Positions 33,715-46,809 of a stretch of DNA of 64,000 bases are shown here, one piece after another (position 1 is the first letter of the stretch; every line of letters starts with the position of its first letter). Source of the stretch: Chiloscyllium plagiosum. Lineage: Eukaryota. A model generated the notes under the pieces. It did not search any database and was not told the origin of the DNA. It saw only the letters and a list, made by a program, of their open reading frames with translations. The stretch is from NCBI RefSeq assembly GCF_004010195.1, contig NC_057758.1, forward strand, positions 747,029-811,028, given 5' to 3'. The translations under genes and the position numbers were made by a program.

Positions 33715-36700
33715 GTAATGTAAGTTTAGTGAGAATCTTAATTGAATGTCAACAAAATTCACACTTCATTCCAACATGAGCTGAACATATGAAGGTCAAA
33801 AAATTTTTGTATTGCCTTTGTCACAAACCAGGCAATGGAATCCTGGCCTCAGTGACACACTATCGCTATATAATTACTGCATAGAAGGTGAGGGGATTAC
33901 CATGTGGTCGAAATATTTTCCAAATGCGTCTGGGATTTGAATCTGATGCATAAATTCATGTACAGCTTTCTGTCACTGCCTTTGAATTTTGCTGACAAAG
34001 AAACATGAGTGCATTAATCTGAAGTGCTATCTCATTTCAAATACACATGTGTAGCGTGCAGCTGCGTCGGGTCCTCCCCTTCTTTGTCAATAAGTTAGCA
34101 AATGCGCACCTGATGTCTGTTTCAATACAACATGAGGATCATTCTGTGGTTCATCAGAGGTTAATGATTTGTCTAATCACGTTTACAGCAAACAGAAAAC
34201 GCTCCCAGCCCATGGTATCCATGCCAGTCAAAGACCACCATTTAATACTTTCAATCCATTGCTCCAGCACTTTCCAGTAAACTTCGTTTCCTTTGACATC
34301 ACAAGTGAACATCAAAAGTCGTCTACAATTTTATGAGGGCTTACTCCTCCAACACCGTTGCAGGCAGAGAGTTCCAGATTCCCATGCGACATTTTCCCGC
34401 CTCGCCTCCCTGAAACACACTTCCTAACAAGACAGCCCCCTCGCCTTGTGCTATCTCACCGTGAAACTCTCAAATTATGAAACAGATCCCCGTGCTCTTT
34501 GCCACCACCCTGAAACACACATGTGATGAAACACAGACACCCACACCTTTTCCTGCAGCACTGAAACACCATCTGACGGCCCATCCTGCGCCATCACCTG
34601 CCATTCTGCTTTCCCAAAACACCCCGACCAAAAACTCACCCACCCACAAATACACTGCTTTGTGCTCTCTCGCCCAACCAACCGCACTAAAAGACACACT
34701 CCTGACGAAACACTCCGCCCTTGCTTCACCTTCCAATATCCAAAAACCCACGTCCCCAGATGATACAACGTGCGCTTGCACCATCTCCTAGCGCCCTGAT
34801 TTACACACCCTGGCGAAGCACTGCTGCCATTTTGGAATCTCAGCTTCCTCAAAATACCCCCGCCGACCAAACACACCCCTTGCGCGACTTCCCGCCACCC
34901 TCAAACCAGTCCTGATAAAATACAACCCTAGCAACATTTTCCCCTGCTTCAACAACCACCCAATGAACCACACCCTCATGCATCGTGTCCTGCCGCATTG
35001 AAACATGCTCTTGACGAAGTATTCCCCTGTGCCATTTCCAGACGCACCAAAGCAACAAACCTCCACCTTGCACCATAATCAACATCCTGCCACCCAGGAA
35101 CACCGTCCCCACAAAACACCCTCTCCTTTCGCCATCTCTACCTGTCTGCTGACCCAAAATACACACCGATGAAACACACACCCTTTGCACAATTTCCCCC
35201 ACACGGCCGCCTGCCAGCCGAAATTCCCACTTGCACCATCTCCACCTACCCCACCGTCCCTCCAATGAAATATCCCACCCTCCCACCCGAAATCCCCCAC
35301 CCCAATGAAAAACATAGCCCTTGCACCATATTGCCGCACCATTGGCCCCGACAAAACTTGACCCCCGCCATTTGCTATTGCTGTGTATCACCACCCCGGC
35401 GAAACACCCATCAATTTTGCCATCTTACCCATTCCATAGAAGACCTTGGCAAAATACTCCTGTTGCACTATAACCACTACACCAAATACTCCTGCAGCCA
35501 AACAACATCCCTTTGCACTATTTCCCCTATTCTGACAACAAACCTGAGGAACCAACTCAGTGCACCAACTCCCAACGCGAAAACATCCACCACAATGAAA
35601 TACCTTCGCTTGGGCAAGTACCCGCTGCTCCAAAGGTAGTGTCCAATCGAATCACCTTCTGCACCATCTCCCGCGGCCCCAAAACAACGCCCGAGGAAGC
35701 ACACCTCCACTGAGCCATCATCCGCAGCTCCGACAGACTCCCGTTGACGAAAGAATAGCCGGTCCACCAACTCACGCAGCCCAGAAACTCGCTTCCAATG
35801 AAATGACCACACTTTGCGCCATGTCCTGCAGCCCGGAAAAGCCCCATGCAATGAAACGCCTCATGTTGCATCACCACCCGCCACCTCAATTGCACCACCT
35901 TCCTCCAGCTCGTGGGGCCAGCCCCACCGATGAATCATCCCCTTTGTGCCTTCTCCCTCCACGCCACTGTCCCCAATGATGAAACAGATCCCACTTGCAC
36001 AATATCTTGCCGCTATGATATACTACTCCCCCAATGAAGCACACATCCTTGCACTATCTCCCAGCCCCACTGCCCCAAAAATTGCCTCCTAATGAAATAC
36101 TCGCCCTTGCACCAGATCCACCTCTCTACCGACCCCGAAAAACGTCACCCCGCATGAGATTCCTGCTGCCCTCCAACACCCCACCCATAAAACACCTGCA
36201 AATTCCGTCATCTCACCCACTCCAAAACACCCCCAAAGAAGCACACCGCACCTCGCAATGAAACACGCCTCCAATGAGCCATCTCACACTACGGCAAACT
36301 ACCCCACATGATGAACGATCCACCCCTTCAACCATAACCCGCACACTGAAACAAACCCTGAATGAAACAATCCCACCATTGCTCCATCAGACAAACCACA
36401 CCAAAACGACACACTTAAAAAAAACCTCCCCCCAGCTTGTGCCATCTACACCATCCACCAGCTACACACATTCTTGCAACATCACCAGTGACTTGAACTA
36501 CAACCCCGGTGCAACACCCCTAGATTGCCCCATGTTCAGCTGCCCAAAACCACCCCGCCCAATGGAACACTCCCGCATTTGCTATCTCTCGCGGCCCCAA
36601 AAAACACCCGGTCCAATGAAACAATCCTTCCTTACGCCTCCCTGGCACCTCCAAATGAAACCATCCCTTTACACCGCTCCAGACGTCCCACTTTCCCCGA

Positions 36701-38739
36701 ACAACCACCTGATGAAACAATCCCGATAGTATATCACCCGCTTGCCCTTTCTCCCTCCGCCCTGAAACGTGCACCACAATGTTACCCACCCCTTGCACTT
36801 TCTCTGACATTCCACCTCCCCAAATCACTGCACCCAACGAAACATCCACTGCTTAAACTATCTCCTGCCGCCCCGAAACACCTACCACAATGATACATAC
36901 CCGCCTTCAAATTTCTTCCATGTCCCGTCTCACCTGATGAAACACCGATGCCTTGTACCACCTGCTGCCGTTCCAAAACACACCCTGGATGAAAGACCCA
37001 CCCTTGCGCCATCTCCATCACCCCACAGCCTCAAAATACATGTCGTGATTAAACACTGCATCCTGCATCACCTCACGCTGCTGCAAATCACATCCCCCTA
37101 ATGGGACAGCCTCCCTTGCGCTACCTCCTACTGTGCCAAAAAACTTCTGCTGGATGGAACACTCCCATTTACGCCATGCCACCCAGCCCGCTTACTTGAA
37201 ACAAATGCCCAGATGCAACATTTCTGCCCGAAAACAAATCCCCTGATGACACACGCCTCATTTGCACCGTGTCCCGCCGTCCTGCTGCCTGAAATCACTC
37301 CCCAATTAAACATCCCCCTTTGAGCGATGTCCTGCTGCTTCGAATCACACACCACGATGCTACACTCCACCTTGCACAATCACCTCTGCCCCGCCGCCTC
37401 AAAACACACCCCAACACACATACTACTCTTTTCGTCATCTGCAAGACTCCTCCCACGAAACACACCATGTTTTGCCCAATCTTTCGTCACCCCAAAGCAC
37501 CTCCAAGATGAAACACCCACTGCTTTGCTCCATTTCCTGCAGCCCTGAAATGACCGTCCTGACAAAACAGGCTCAATTTCGCCATCTGCCGACCTCAAAA
37601 AATGCAGCACCTACGAAACCCTCCCTTGAGCCATTTCCCCTTCGCGCCACCTCAAAACACCCACAACGACAAAATATCCCGACTGTTCGCCATCTCCCAC
37701 CGCTACGAAATAACCACGATGAAACGCCTCACTTCTGCCATCTCCTCCCACCCTGAAATACGCACCCGTTGCAACACACTCCCCTTACACTATCTCCCGA
37801 AACTCGAAAACACTCACTGATGAAGCATGCCCCCTTGCGCCATCTCACATGCCCAGACATCATCTTTGACGAAACACCCCTAAAGTGCCATCTCACCGTT
37901 CCCCAAAAGACACCCATTGACGCAACACAAATCCGTTACACGACCTCCGACCGTCTCAAAACACAGCCCCTGAATGAAACACCACACTTGCACCATTTCT
38001 CCTGCACCGCCATCTTGAAACAAGCGCCCGAATTAAACAGCACCCCCTTTCACCATCTCCCAATGCCCCGAAACATAACTCCAATGAAACATCCACGCGC
38101 ACCCGTCCCATTACCCTAAAACACCTCATGACAAAACACCCCGCTTTGTGCCATCCCTCGCCACCATGAAACACACAAATTGACAAATAACACTCCAATT
38201 GCTCCATCTCGAGCTGGCCTGAATCAAACATGATGATGCAAAACTGCTCCCTTTTTCCATCTGCGGCCCGGACCTGCTACATAATCCAAAAAAAACACAA
38301 CGCTTGCAACATGTCCTGCCGCCCTGAAGCAACCAACTGACGAAAGTCACCACCTTATGACATCACCTCTGACCCCCCACTCTGAAACAACCCCTTGTTG
38401 CTCCCTTTTTCCATCTGCGGCCCGGACCTGCTACATAATCCAAAAAAAAACACAACCCTTGCAACATGTCCTGCCGCCCTGAAGCAACCAACTGACGAAA
38501 GTCACCACCTTATGACATCACCTCTGACCCGCCACCCTGAAACAACCCCTTGCAAAACACACCGTACTTGAGTAATGATCCGCTGGCCCAAAACAACTCT
38601 CTGACAGAACCCACCCCCTTTACGGCATCTCCTGCCAACGCAAAGCAACCGTCTTGATGAAACGCCATCTTTCACCAGCCCGAAATAACACACCAATGAA
38701 ACTCCACCACGTTGTACCAACTTCCGTCACTCCAAAACG

Positions 38740-40065
38740 TTCAGATAAATGGGGTATGGATGCTAAGGCAGTTGCTTTCTCCTCTTGAAGAATGTGGCAG
38801 GTGAGAGACATGACACATGTCTCCGCTGGCTACATCTGCAGGAAGTGCACCCAACTCCAGCTCCTTGAAAACCGTGTTAGAGAATTGGAGCTGGAGATGG
38901 GGTAATTGAGAGGAGTTACCGGCAGTTGGTCACTCCTGAGGCTCAGGATAAGGATGGATGGGTTACAGTCAGGGGGAGGAAAGGGGACAGACAGACAGTG
39001 CAGGGATCCCCTGTGGACATTCCCCTCAGCAATAAGTATGTCGTTTTGGATACTGCTGGGGAGGATGACCTACCATAGGAAAGCCATAGTCGTCAGTTCT
39101 CTGGCACTGAGCATGACACTGTGGCACAGAAGTGAAGGAGGCCAAACAGAAAAGTGCTGGTGGCAGGAAACTCGATAGTTAGGAAAAGTGACAGGAGATT
39201 TTGTGGTCAGGATCGGGATTCCCAGAAGGTTTGTTGCCTCCCTGGTGCCAGGGTCCGGGACGTCTCCGATCGGGTGCATCGGATTCTGAAAGGGGAGGGC
39301 GAACAGCCAGAAATTGTGTTACATATTGGCACCAATGATATAGCCAGGAAAAGGATCGAGGGTATAAAAAGTGATTTCAGGGAGTTAGGGTGGAAGCTGC
39401 AGAGCAGGACGAACAGAGTAGTGTTCTCGGGTTTACTACCGGTGCCACGAGATAGGGAGGTGAGGAACAGGGAGCGGGCGCATCTTAACACGTGGCTGCG
39501 CATCTGCTATAGGAGGGAGGGATTCAAATATGTAGATAATTAGGATGTCTTCTGGGGAAGGTGGGACCTGTACATGAAGGACGGGCTGCACCTGAACTGG
39601 AAAGGGACCAAGGTCCTGGGTGGAAGTTTTGCTCGAGTTGTTCAGGAGGGGGGGGGGGGGTTGGGAACCTAAGCTAAATACCGGAGGGGAGAGTTGATGG
39701 AGATGAGGCAATAGCAAGAGGTAACGCAACCAGTGGGAAGGAAGTTCCTGGAAAAGAACCAAGGGATCAGTTAAAGTGTGTTTGCTTTAATGCACGAAGT
39801 AGGAGAAAGTGAGGACTGCAGATGCTGGAGATCAGAGCTGAAAAATGTGTTGCTGGAAAAGCGCAGCATTTCAGGCAGCATCCAAGGAGCCGGAGAATCG
39901 ACGTTTCGCGCATAAGGCCTTCTTCAGGAATGCAAGAAGTATCAGGAATAAAAGTGATGAGCTGAGAGCATGGATCAGTACCTGGTGCTATGATGTTGTG
40001 GCCATAACAGAGACTTGGGTTTCTCAGGATCCCTGTCCTGTGCTGTACTGTTCTATGTTCTATGT
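38740..40065 (+). mobile_element. Internally deleted CR1/HER1 LINE inserted in the satellite
   Basis: ORF1 (Cys motif ICRKCTQLQLL; esterase LVAGNSIVR..CCLPGARV..HIGTND), APE start to ~40030, then directly the GTTCTAT tail. Confidence 0.85.
39802..39928 (-). mobile_element. Short Penelope-derived element with hammerhead-like motif and 13-bp target-site duplication
   Basis: Flanked by AATGCACGAAGTA (39789-39801) and AATGCAAGAAGTA (39929-39941); minus strand CTGAAGAAGGCCTTATGCGCGAAACGTC. Confidence 0.75.
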
Positions 40066-43000
40066 TTTAAAACAAAACACACAGATGGAACACCTAACAC
40101 TGTACCATCTCCCTGCACTGAAACAACCCCCGACTAAACTCTTGCTCCCTTTGCTCCATATACCGTCAACCCAAAATATCCCAATGATGAAATACACCAG
40201 CCTGTGCCATCTCCTCTTCATCCAGTTTCCCCACAGATTAAACTACCGACTTTATGGTTTCTTCGCCACACTGTCACCTCCTTGAGAAAACACTCCTCCC
40301 CTTGTACTCTCGTCGGCCGCTCAAGACATCTCCCCAATAAAATACATCCCCGTTGCGCCATTATCCCGTTTAGTGCTCCAAAATAGACACAGCCGACGAA
40401 ACACACCCCCTTTTGCACAATCCCCCACGCCCTGCTGCTCTGAAATACCAGTCCCAGATGTAACACTGCCCCCTTTGGACCATCTTCCCTGCCCCATCAA
40501 CACAATATCCATGCCAGCAACATCCATCCACCTGCGCTGTAATCTACCACCGCAAAATATGAATCATTACAGCTTTCCGCCACCTCCCTAGTCAACCACA
40601 CATCCGGCCAAACACAGCCCTCTTGCACCATCAACCACAGCCCCAAAATATCCCTCCAACAAAACTGCATCTCTTGAGCAATCACCCCCACTCTGACATG
40701 CTACAAGATGTAACATTAACCCTGAGCTGCCAACCCCGATAAAAAAATGTCTCCTTGCTCCATCTATCCTCTCCCACAGCCCTATCGATAAAACAAACCG
40801 CCTTGCCCATCTATCACATCACTTATACATCCCCCAATGAAATACAACCTCCTTGTACCATCACCTGCATCCTGAAACATGCCCCTCGAAGAAACACACC
40901 CACACCTTTCGCCATCTCCTGCTGTACCAAAATACAACTCTGACAGAACACCAACCCCATGCAGCGTCTCCCGCTGCACCAAAACAAACCTCAAAGAAAC
41001 ACCCCTCCTGCGCCATTTTCAGCAATTAATTGCCCCAAAACACCACGCAACAAAACAGTCTCTTTCGCAATTTCCCCAAGCTCACGACGCTGAAACACAA
41101 ACCCCACAAATCACATCCTCCAGGCGCCATCTAAGCTAACCCACCGCCACCTCAACAAAATGACCCAGTTACACCTTCTCACAATGTCCTGGAACAGCAC
41201 TGTAGCACTTCGGTCCAGTCCACCGCCCAGAAAAAAGCTCACCCCTTGCGCCATTCCCCGCTGCCTTGAGACAACAACCACCAAGTTGAAACACACTCCC
41301 TTGCGTGATCTCCCATGCTCCTCTGCCCCAAAACACCCGCCCGACGAAACACACACCACTTGCATCACCGGCCCAGCCCACCGCCCTCCCGGACAAAGCA
41401 ACCTCATGCCATCTGCCCCCACCCTATTGTCCTGATCCGGACGAAACACGTCCCACTTGCGCCATCTTCCTCCGCCTGAAGCACACCCACCAACAAAAAA
41501 CGCCACCGATTGCACCATCCCATTTCCAAATCACTCCTTGTTGAAACAGCCCCAATTGCTTTAACACCGGCTGCACTGAAGCACTCCCCGATTAAACACG
41601 AAGCCCTTGCAACATCTCCACAGTTCAAGCAACTCCCAGAAAAAAATATACCTCTCGCCATCACCCAAAACACACCCCGACAAATCACCCCACATTGTGA
41701 GTTCTCCTGCCACCAATCAAAATATATCCATTTTAAAAAGTGCCATATTCCACCTACCTGACACAAGTCCGTGAAAAAAAACCGCAACAACTTGTGGTAT
41801 CTCCCGCTGCCCTGAAACACACCACATGACAAAATATTGATTGCTTTCGCCAGCTCTGCCACACTGAAACACCCCGCCGACAGATCCCCCACAAGTGGCT
41901 AAATCTGAAAAAGCCCAAAACCTCGCCACAAGGAAGCATTCTCACCCTTTGAGCCTTCTTCCACTGCGCCATTACACCTCCACCAAAGAAGCAACCTCCC
42001 TTTGTCAATCTCTGCCTGCTTCACTGCACCCCCTATATTGCACACTACCTTGTGTCATCTCACACCAATGAAACTTCACCACTCTTGTGCTATCAAAGAA
42101 CAACCCAAAACACCCCCATGAAACACACCAATGTCACCCTCTCTCACTACCTCCCTTCCCCCAACAAAACATCCCCACACTTGTGTCATCACTCGCCACA
42201 CCAAAACACTCCCTGGATCAATCACTCTAACCTTGGAATATCTCCCGCCAACACTCCTTCATGATACAAATCCCGACAAAACACGCATCTCCCTTGCTCG
42301 GTCCTTCTTCACCCCGGCCCAAGTCGAAACACCCGCCTTTTGCCATCTCACTTTTCCAATTCCCCTAAACACCACCCCGACGAAGCAGTCTCTCCTTGAG
42401 CAATCTCCCGCCCTCCTGCTGCCCGAAAACACCAAAAAGAAACACACCCAGCCTGATCCATCTCCAAACCCGCTCGGTGAAATGTGCACACCCTTGATTC
42501 GTCTCCCACTGCACCCACGAATAAACACTGCCCTGCGCTATCGACAGCATCCTGCCGCACCCCGAACGAAACACAGCCCGTTTAGTTACCTCCTGCCGCC
42601 ACAAAACACTCCCTGAACAAACACCCCCGTGCCATCTCGCGCCACCCTGAAACAGCAGCCGTGATGAAACATCGATTCCTTGCACCATCACCTGCCCCAT
42701 CGAACACACGCCAACAAACACTCGCACTGGCGCCATTTTCGACACACCACCTCCCTGAAACATCCCACTCTTCAGAACAACACATTTTGTGTATTCTCCC
42801 TGCCCTGCCCCCAACCAACGAAACATTCCCCTTCTGCAATCACTCACACACGTCCACCGAATCGATGGAAAACCCCTCGAGTAAGCTGCACCACCCTAAC
42901 CATCACTCTACAATGAAACACTCCCACTCTTTCACCATCTCCTGCCGCCAAGAAAGACAACCCTCGATGACAGAACAATTCATGCATCATATGTACCATC

Positions 43001-45774
43001 CTGGTTCCACTAAGTATGCCCCTGAGACGAAACACAAACTTTGTGCTATCTCCCACGGCCCTGAGATATCTGCCCCAATGAAACACGCCTCTTGCGCTAT
43101 CAGCCACCACCCCAAAACAACCCATGAGGGAACACCCACAGTTGAGCCATCTCCCTGGCCCTGCCACTCCAAACATAATCTCGACGTAACAACCACTGTT
43201 GTGCCAGCAGCCCTGTCGTTCCACCCTGCCTCTACATGAAACACCACAACTTTGTGCCATATCCCCTGTCCCCGCACACCAATTGACAGATCATTCCTTG
43301 CACAACCAACTCAGAAAACTCCCTGATGAAACACTCCCATTAAACAACCCCATCGATAAAACAATCCCCCTTGCACCATCTCTACACTGCACCGACCACG
43401 CCCCAGACGTAACAACCACACTTTGCGCTATCTCCCGCCTCCCCAAAGCAGCAACGTGGAATAAACATAACCCAATTCGCCATCTTCCACTGTCACGAAT
43501 CACACCCCAACAAAAAACACCCCGTTGTGCCAATCTTCCACTGACCTGAAACACCCTGCCTCGAAACACACTCTGATAAAACCCTCACTTATCTTCGCCG
43601 CGCCGCTGCCCTAATCAAAGTCTGTACGAAACAACAGCTGTTGGGCCATCTCCCTCACGTTGCCACCCCAAAACCGATCTCCAGATAAAACACCACAACA
43701 TTTTGACATCTCCCCTGTCCTGACACCTAACCAACGAAACCCCCAGCCACATCTCCCACAATCCTGAAACACCCCCGTAAAAAATACACGCCCTTGAGCT
43801 ATGTTCCACCTCATCAAAACACCCCCACCATCGAAACACCACCATGTGCGCTGTCACCACACCAATGAAGCAACCACTCTTGTGTCGTCTCTCTGTGACT
43901 GGCCGCTCATCCAATGCAGCGCCTTCACCCATTCCCCATTACATGCCGCTCCAAAACATTACCCCAACGAAACATATCTTCCTTGTACCATTTACTGCCG
44001 ACTGGAAACAACCCTATCAAACACTCCCAGCTTTCACCACGCTTACTGCCCCGAATCAAAACCTCAATGAAGCACTTATCAATTATGCCATCATTAACAT
44101 TCCGTGGCACAAAAACATTTCTTCGACAAAACACTGCCTTCTTGAGCTATCGACGCTAAGTCACCAACCCCGATAATACAGCACACGCTGTGGCATCTCC
44201 GGCCACGCTGGACATCCCGCAATGAAAAAAAAAACAGTTGCACTATTTACATCGCCCCGCCACATCAAAACGCATCTTGGATGAAACACCCCCTTCCGCT
44301 GTCACCCACTGCCCCAAAACAATCTCCGACGAAAGAACCACCTAGTGCTATCTTCCACTGTCACGAATCACACCCCAACAAAAAACACCCCGTTGTGCCA
44401 ATCTTCCACTGACCTGAAACATCCTGCCTCGAAACACACTCTGATAAAACCCTCACTTATCTTCGCCGCACCGCTGCCCTAATCAAATCTGTACGAAACA
44501 ACAGCTGTTGGGCCATCTCCCTCACGGTTGGTTTCCCTCTGCCCGAAAAAACCTAACCAACACCCCCTTGCCGATAGTCTTTGCCCTCCCACTGTGCAAC
44601 ACCACTCCCCTTGCGCTGTGTCACATGTCCTGCATTCAAGAAATGTGCCATCTCCCACAGACTCACCACCCAGATAAAGTCCGAATGGGAAACGCTCTCA
44701 CGCTTGCCCTATCTCCTGCTGCCTCCAATTAAACAAAGTCACCTTTGCGACAACTTTCATCACCCCAAAACAAGCCGCATGGTGAAACATTTCCCTTTGC
44801 GCCATCTCATGCCAATCCAAAACACACTCGCAAATGAAACACAGCACTTGCGCTATCTCCCCACACAGTGCTGCACTACTCCTGATCAAACACTCGCCAG
44901 TGGACGAAGCATACACTGCACCATCTCCTGCGGCCCTGAAACACTCTCTGTACGAAACAGCCCCAGCGAGAGCTTTCTCACCCTGTTCTGCAATCCACCC
45001 GATGATACAACCTCTCCTGCGCCATCTTTTACCATCCTGAAACACGCCCTCCGATGAAACACATATCTTTACTCCAACAGTTACTGCCCCGAATCACGCC
45101 GTTCTACGAATAATACTTCCCTTTTCTGATTTCCCGCTGCCCAAAATCTCTCGCAATGAAAAACCCTCCTTGCACATTCCAGTGATACATCCCACGCACT
45201 ATGTCCTGCCGCCCAAAACATCCCCCATGATGAAGCAGACTTGTTTTGCATTTTCTTCCCGTCCTTCCGCCCCCAAACATCCGTTTCCAAGAAAGTACCT
45301 TCCCACTGCCGTGAAACAACGCCCTCCAATATAACATTCATCTCCTTGTACCACTTCTCGCCGTCCTGAATCACGTCCCTCGATGAAACACAGCCCTGTG
45401 CAAACTTTCACCCGCCCCGCTATCCAAAAACACCTCCCCAATGAAATATATCCCCTTGTGATATCTCCTGCCGCCCTGCTGCCCCGAAACAGCACATCAA
45501 TGAAACAGACGCCGCTGTAGCATTTCCTGTTGCCGCAAGTTAACTCCAATTAACAGACACCGCTCGACACCCATCATCCTGACAATAGCCCTGAAACAAT
45601 CCAATGGCGAAACACCCACCTTGCGTCATCTCCCACTACCCACTAACCCCATCCAAAATGAAGCACGCCCTGCTTATGCAATCTCACGCCGCCCTCAAAC
45701 ACAACACTGACCAAACACCCCCGCTCTATCTCTCACCACCTTCAACACCCTCTGATGTAACAATCACCCACTCC

Positions 45775-46808
45775 ATCTCTTTTCTCTGCTTTTCCTCGTC
45801 ATTCAATCTTCTTCATTTTATTTGGCCTTCCTTTGTTTTGCCTCTTACTCGGGCTGCTTCATTTTCAATTGACGTTTCACCATCTCAAAAGATTCTGGTG
45901 GCATTTCAGGCAAACTTTAAAGCTGATCTAGTCATAATAATCTTTCCTTTCCCTCTGGAAGGAAATATTACACCACCAACTCGTCTGGTAATTGCAGCAG
46001 TTTGGCCTTAATCACTTCTTGCAAAACTACCAACGCCACTTATTCCACCCTCAGAAACCTCGGTGACCAAAAGAGCCATTGCCCCAAAACACTATTTAAA
46101 CCTACCGAATTGAACACCCTTCACCAAATCATATTCATACCTACCACTCGCTGTCTTCGAGTCCAACATTCCTATTCCCAATTTGGAGCGACAGAACAAA
46201 TCCTGCAAATAGGCCCAAATGTGATATGCACCAGGCCCGAGTTCCTCAATAATTTCAAGAAAGTAGCCCAGACCATAATATTTCTACTTCTTTAAGCAGA
46301 TTTAACGTGAACATTCCAGGAATAATGCAGCTTCTCGTACTAATTAGTTTCGAACAAAATGAATTGAAACACACACAAAAGAGAACATAATACCTTAAGC
46401 TGTCTGAAAACACAACAGATCTTGCTCACTCAATGATGCTGTTGCTAATCCTTGCAACAATCCCCATAAACATCCCTTGGCACAAATCAGGGTCTTACAG
46501 GACAGATATCAGAGAGAGCGGAGGATCAGCCTGGAACTACTTCTCTTGCCTCCAGCAGCTTCACAACTGCTTGACTGCCTACATTGATTAATCAGACTAA
46601 ATCAGTGGAAGACTTAGCTGAGAACTCTGGCTACTCCTCTTTCATTGTGTATTTATTTAATTTAAAAGCCTTTTAGCTGAGGCAGTATCGGTTAGCTGTA
46701 ATCAGATTGGCGCTACAATTCGGATTTTTCGGAGTCTGCGTCTTTTCGAACTCTCTGAACAACAAGGCAAGATCGGCATAACTTTCTTAAAGGCACAGCA
46801 TCATCACA
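45775..46808 (-). mobile_element. Gypsy 5' LTR (46220-46808) plus degenerate PBS and gag start
   Basis: TGTGATG...ATATCACA termini homologous to 5446-6013; decayed PBS-like TTTGGGCC...GGAT; gag-like LQEVIKAKLLQL near 46000. Confidence 0.65.
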
Positions 46809-46809
46809 G

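Larger units (their letters stand above)
34390..45775. repeat. Large diverged ~49-bp satellite array (C/A-rich plus strand)
   Basis: Approximate unit CCCCGATGAAACACACCCCTTGCGCCATCTCCCGCCGCCCTGAAACACA; TTGC(A/G)CCATCT recurs about every 45-55 nt. Interrupted at 38740-40065. Confidence 0.88.

Noticed and set aside
33137..33779. Four ~193-aa ORFs
   Set aside because: Artefacts of the N gap.
34390..45775. Dozens of 100-190 aa ORFs on both strands
   Set aside because: Products of a stop-poor tandem array; they overlap in several frames and show no domain motifs.
34390..45775. CRISPR array or immunoglobulin switch region (S-gamma units are also 49 bp)
   Set aside because: No invariant repeat with unique spacers, no cas genes, eukaryotic context; no AGCT enrichment and no Ig exons nearby.
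34390..45775. Hammerhead array suggested by recurrent CTGATGAAAC
   Set aside because: CUGAUGA and GAAA overlap with no stem II between them.
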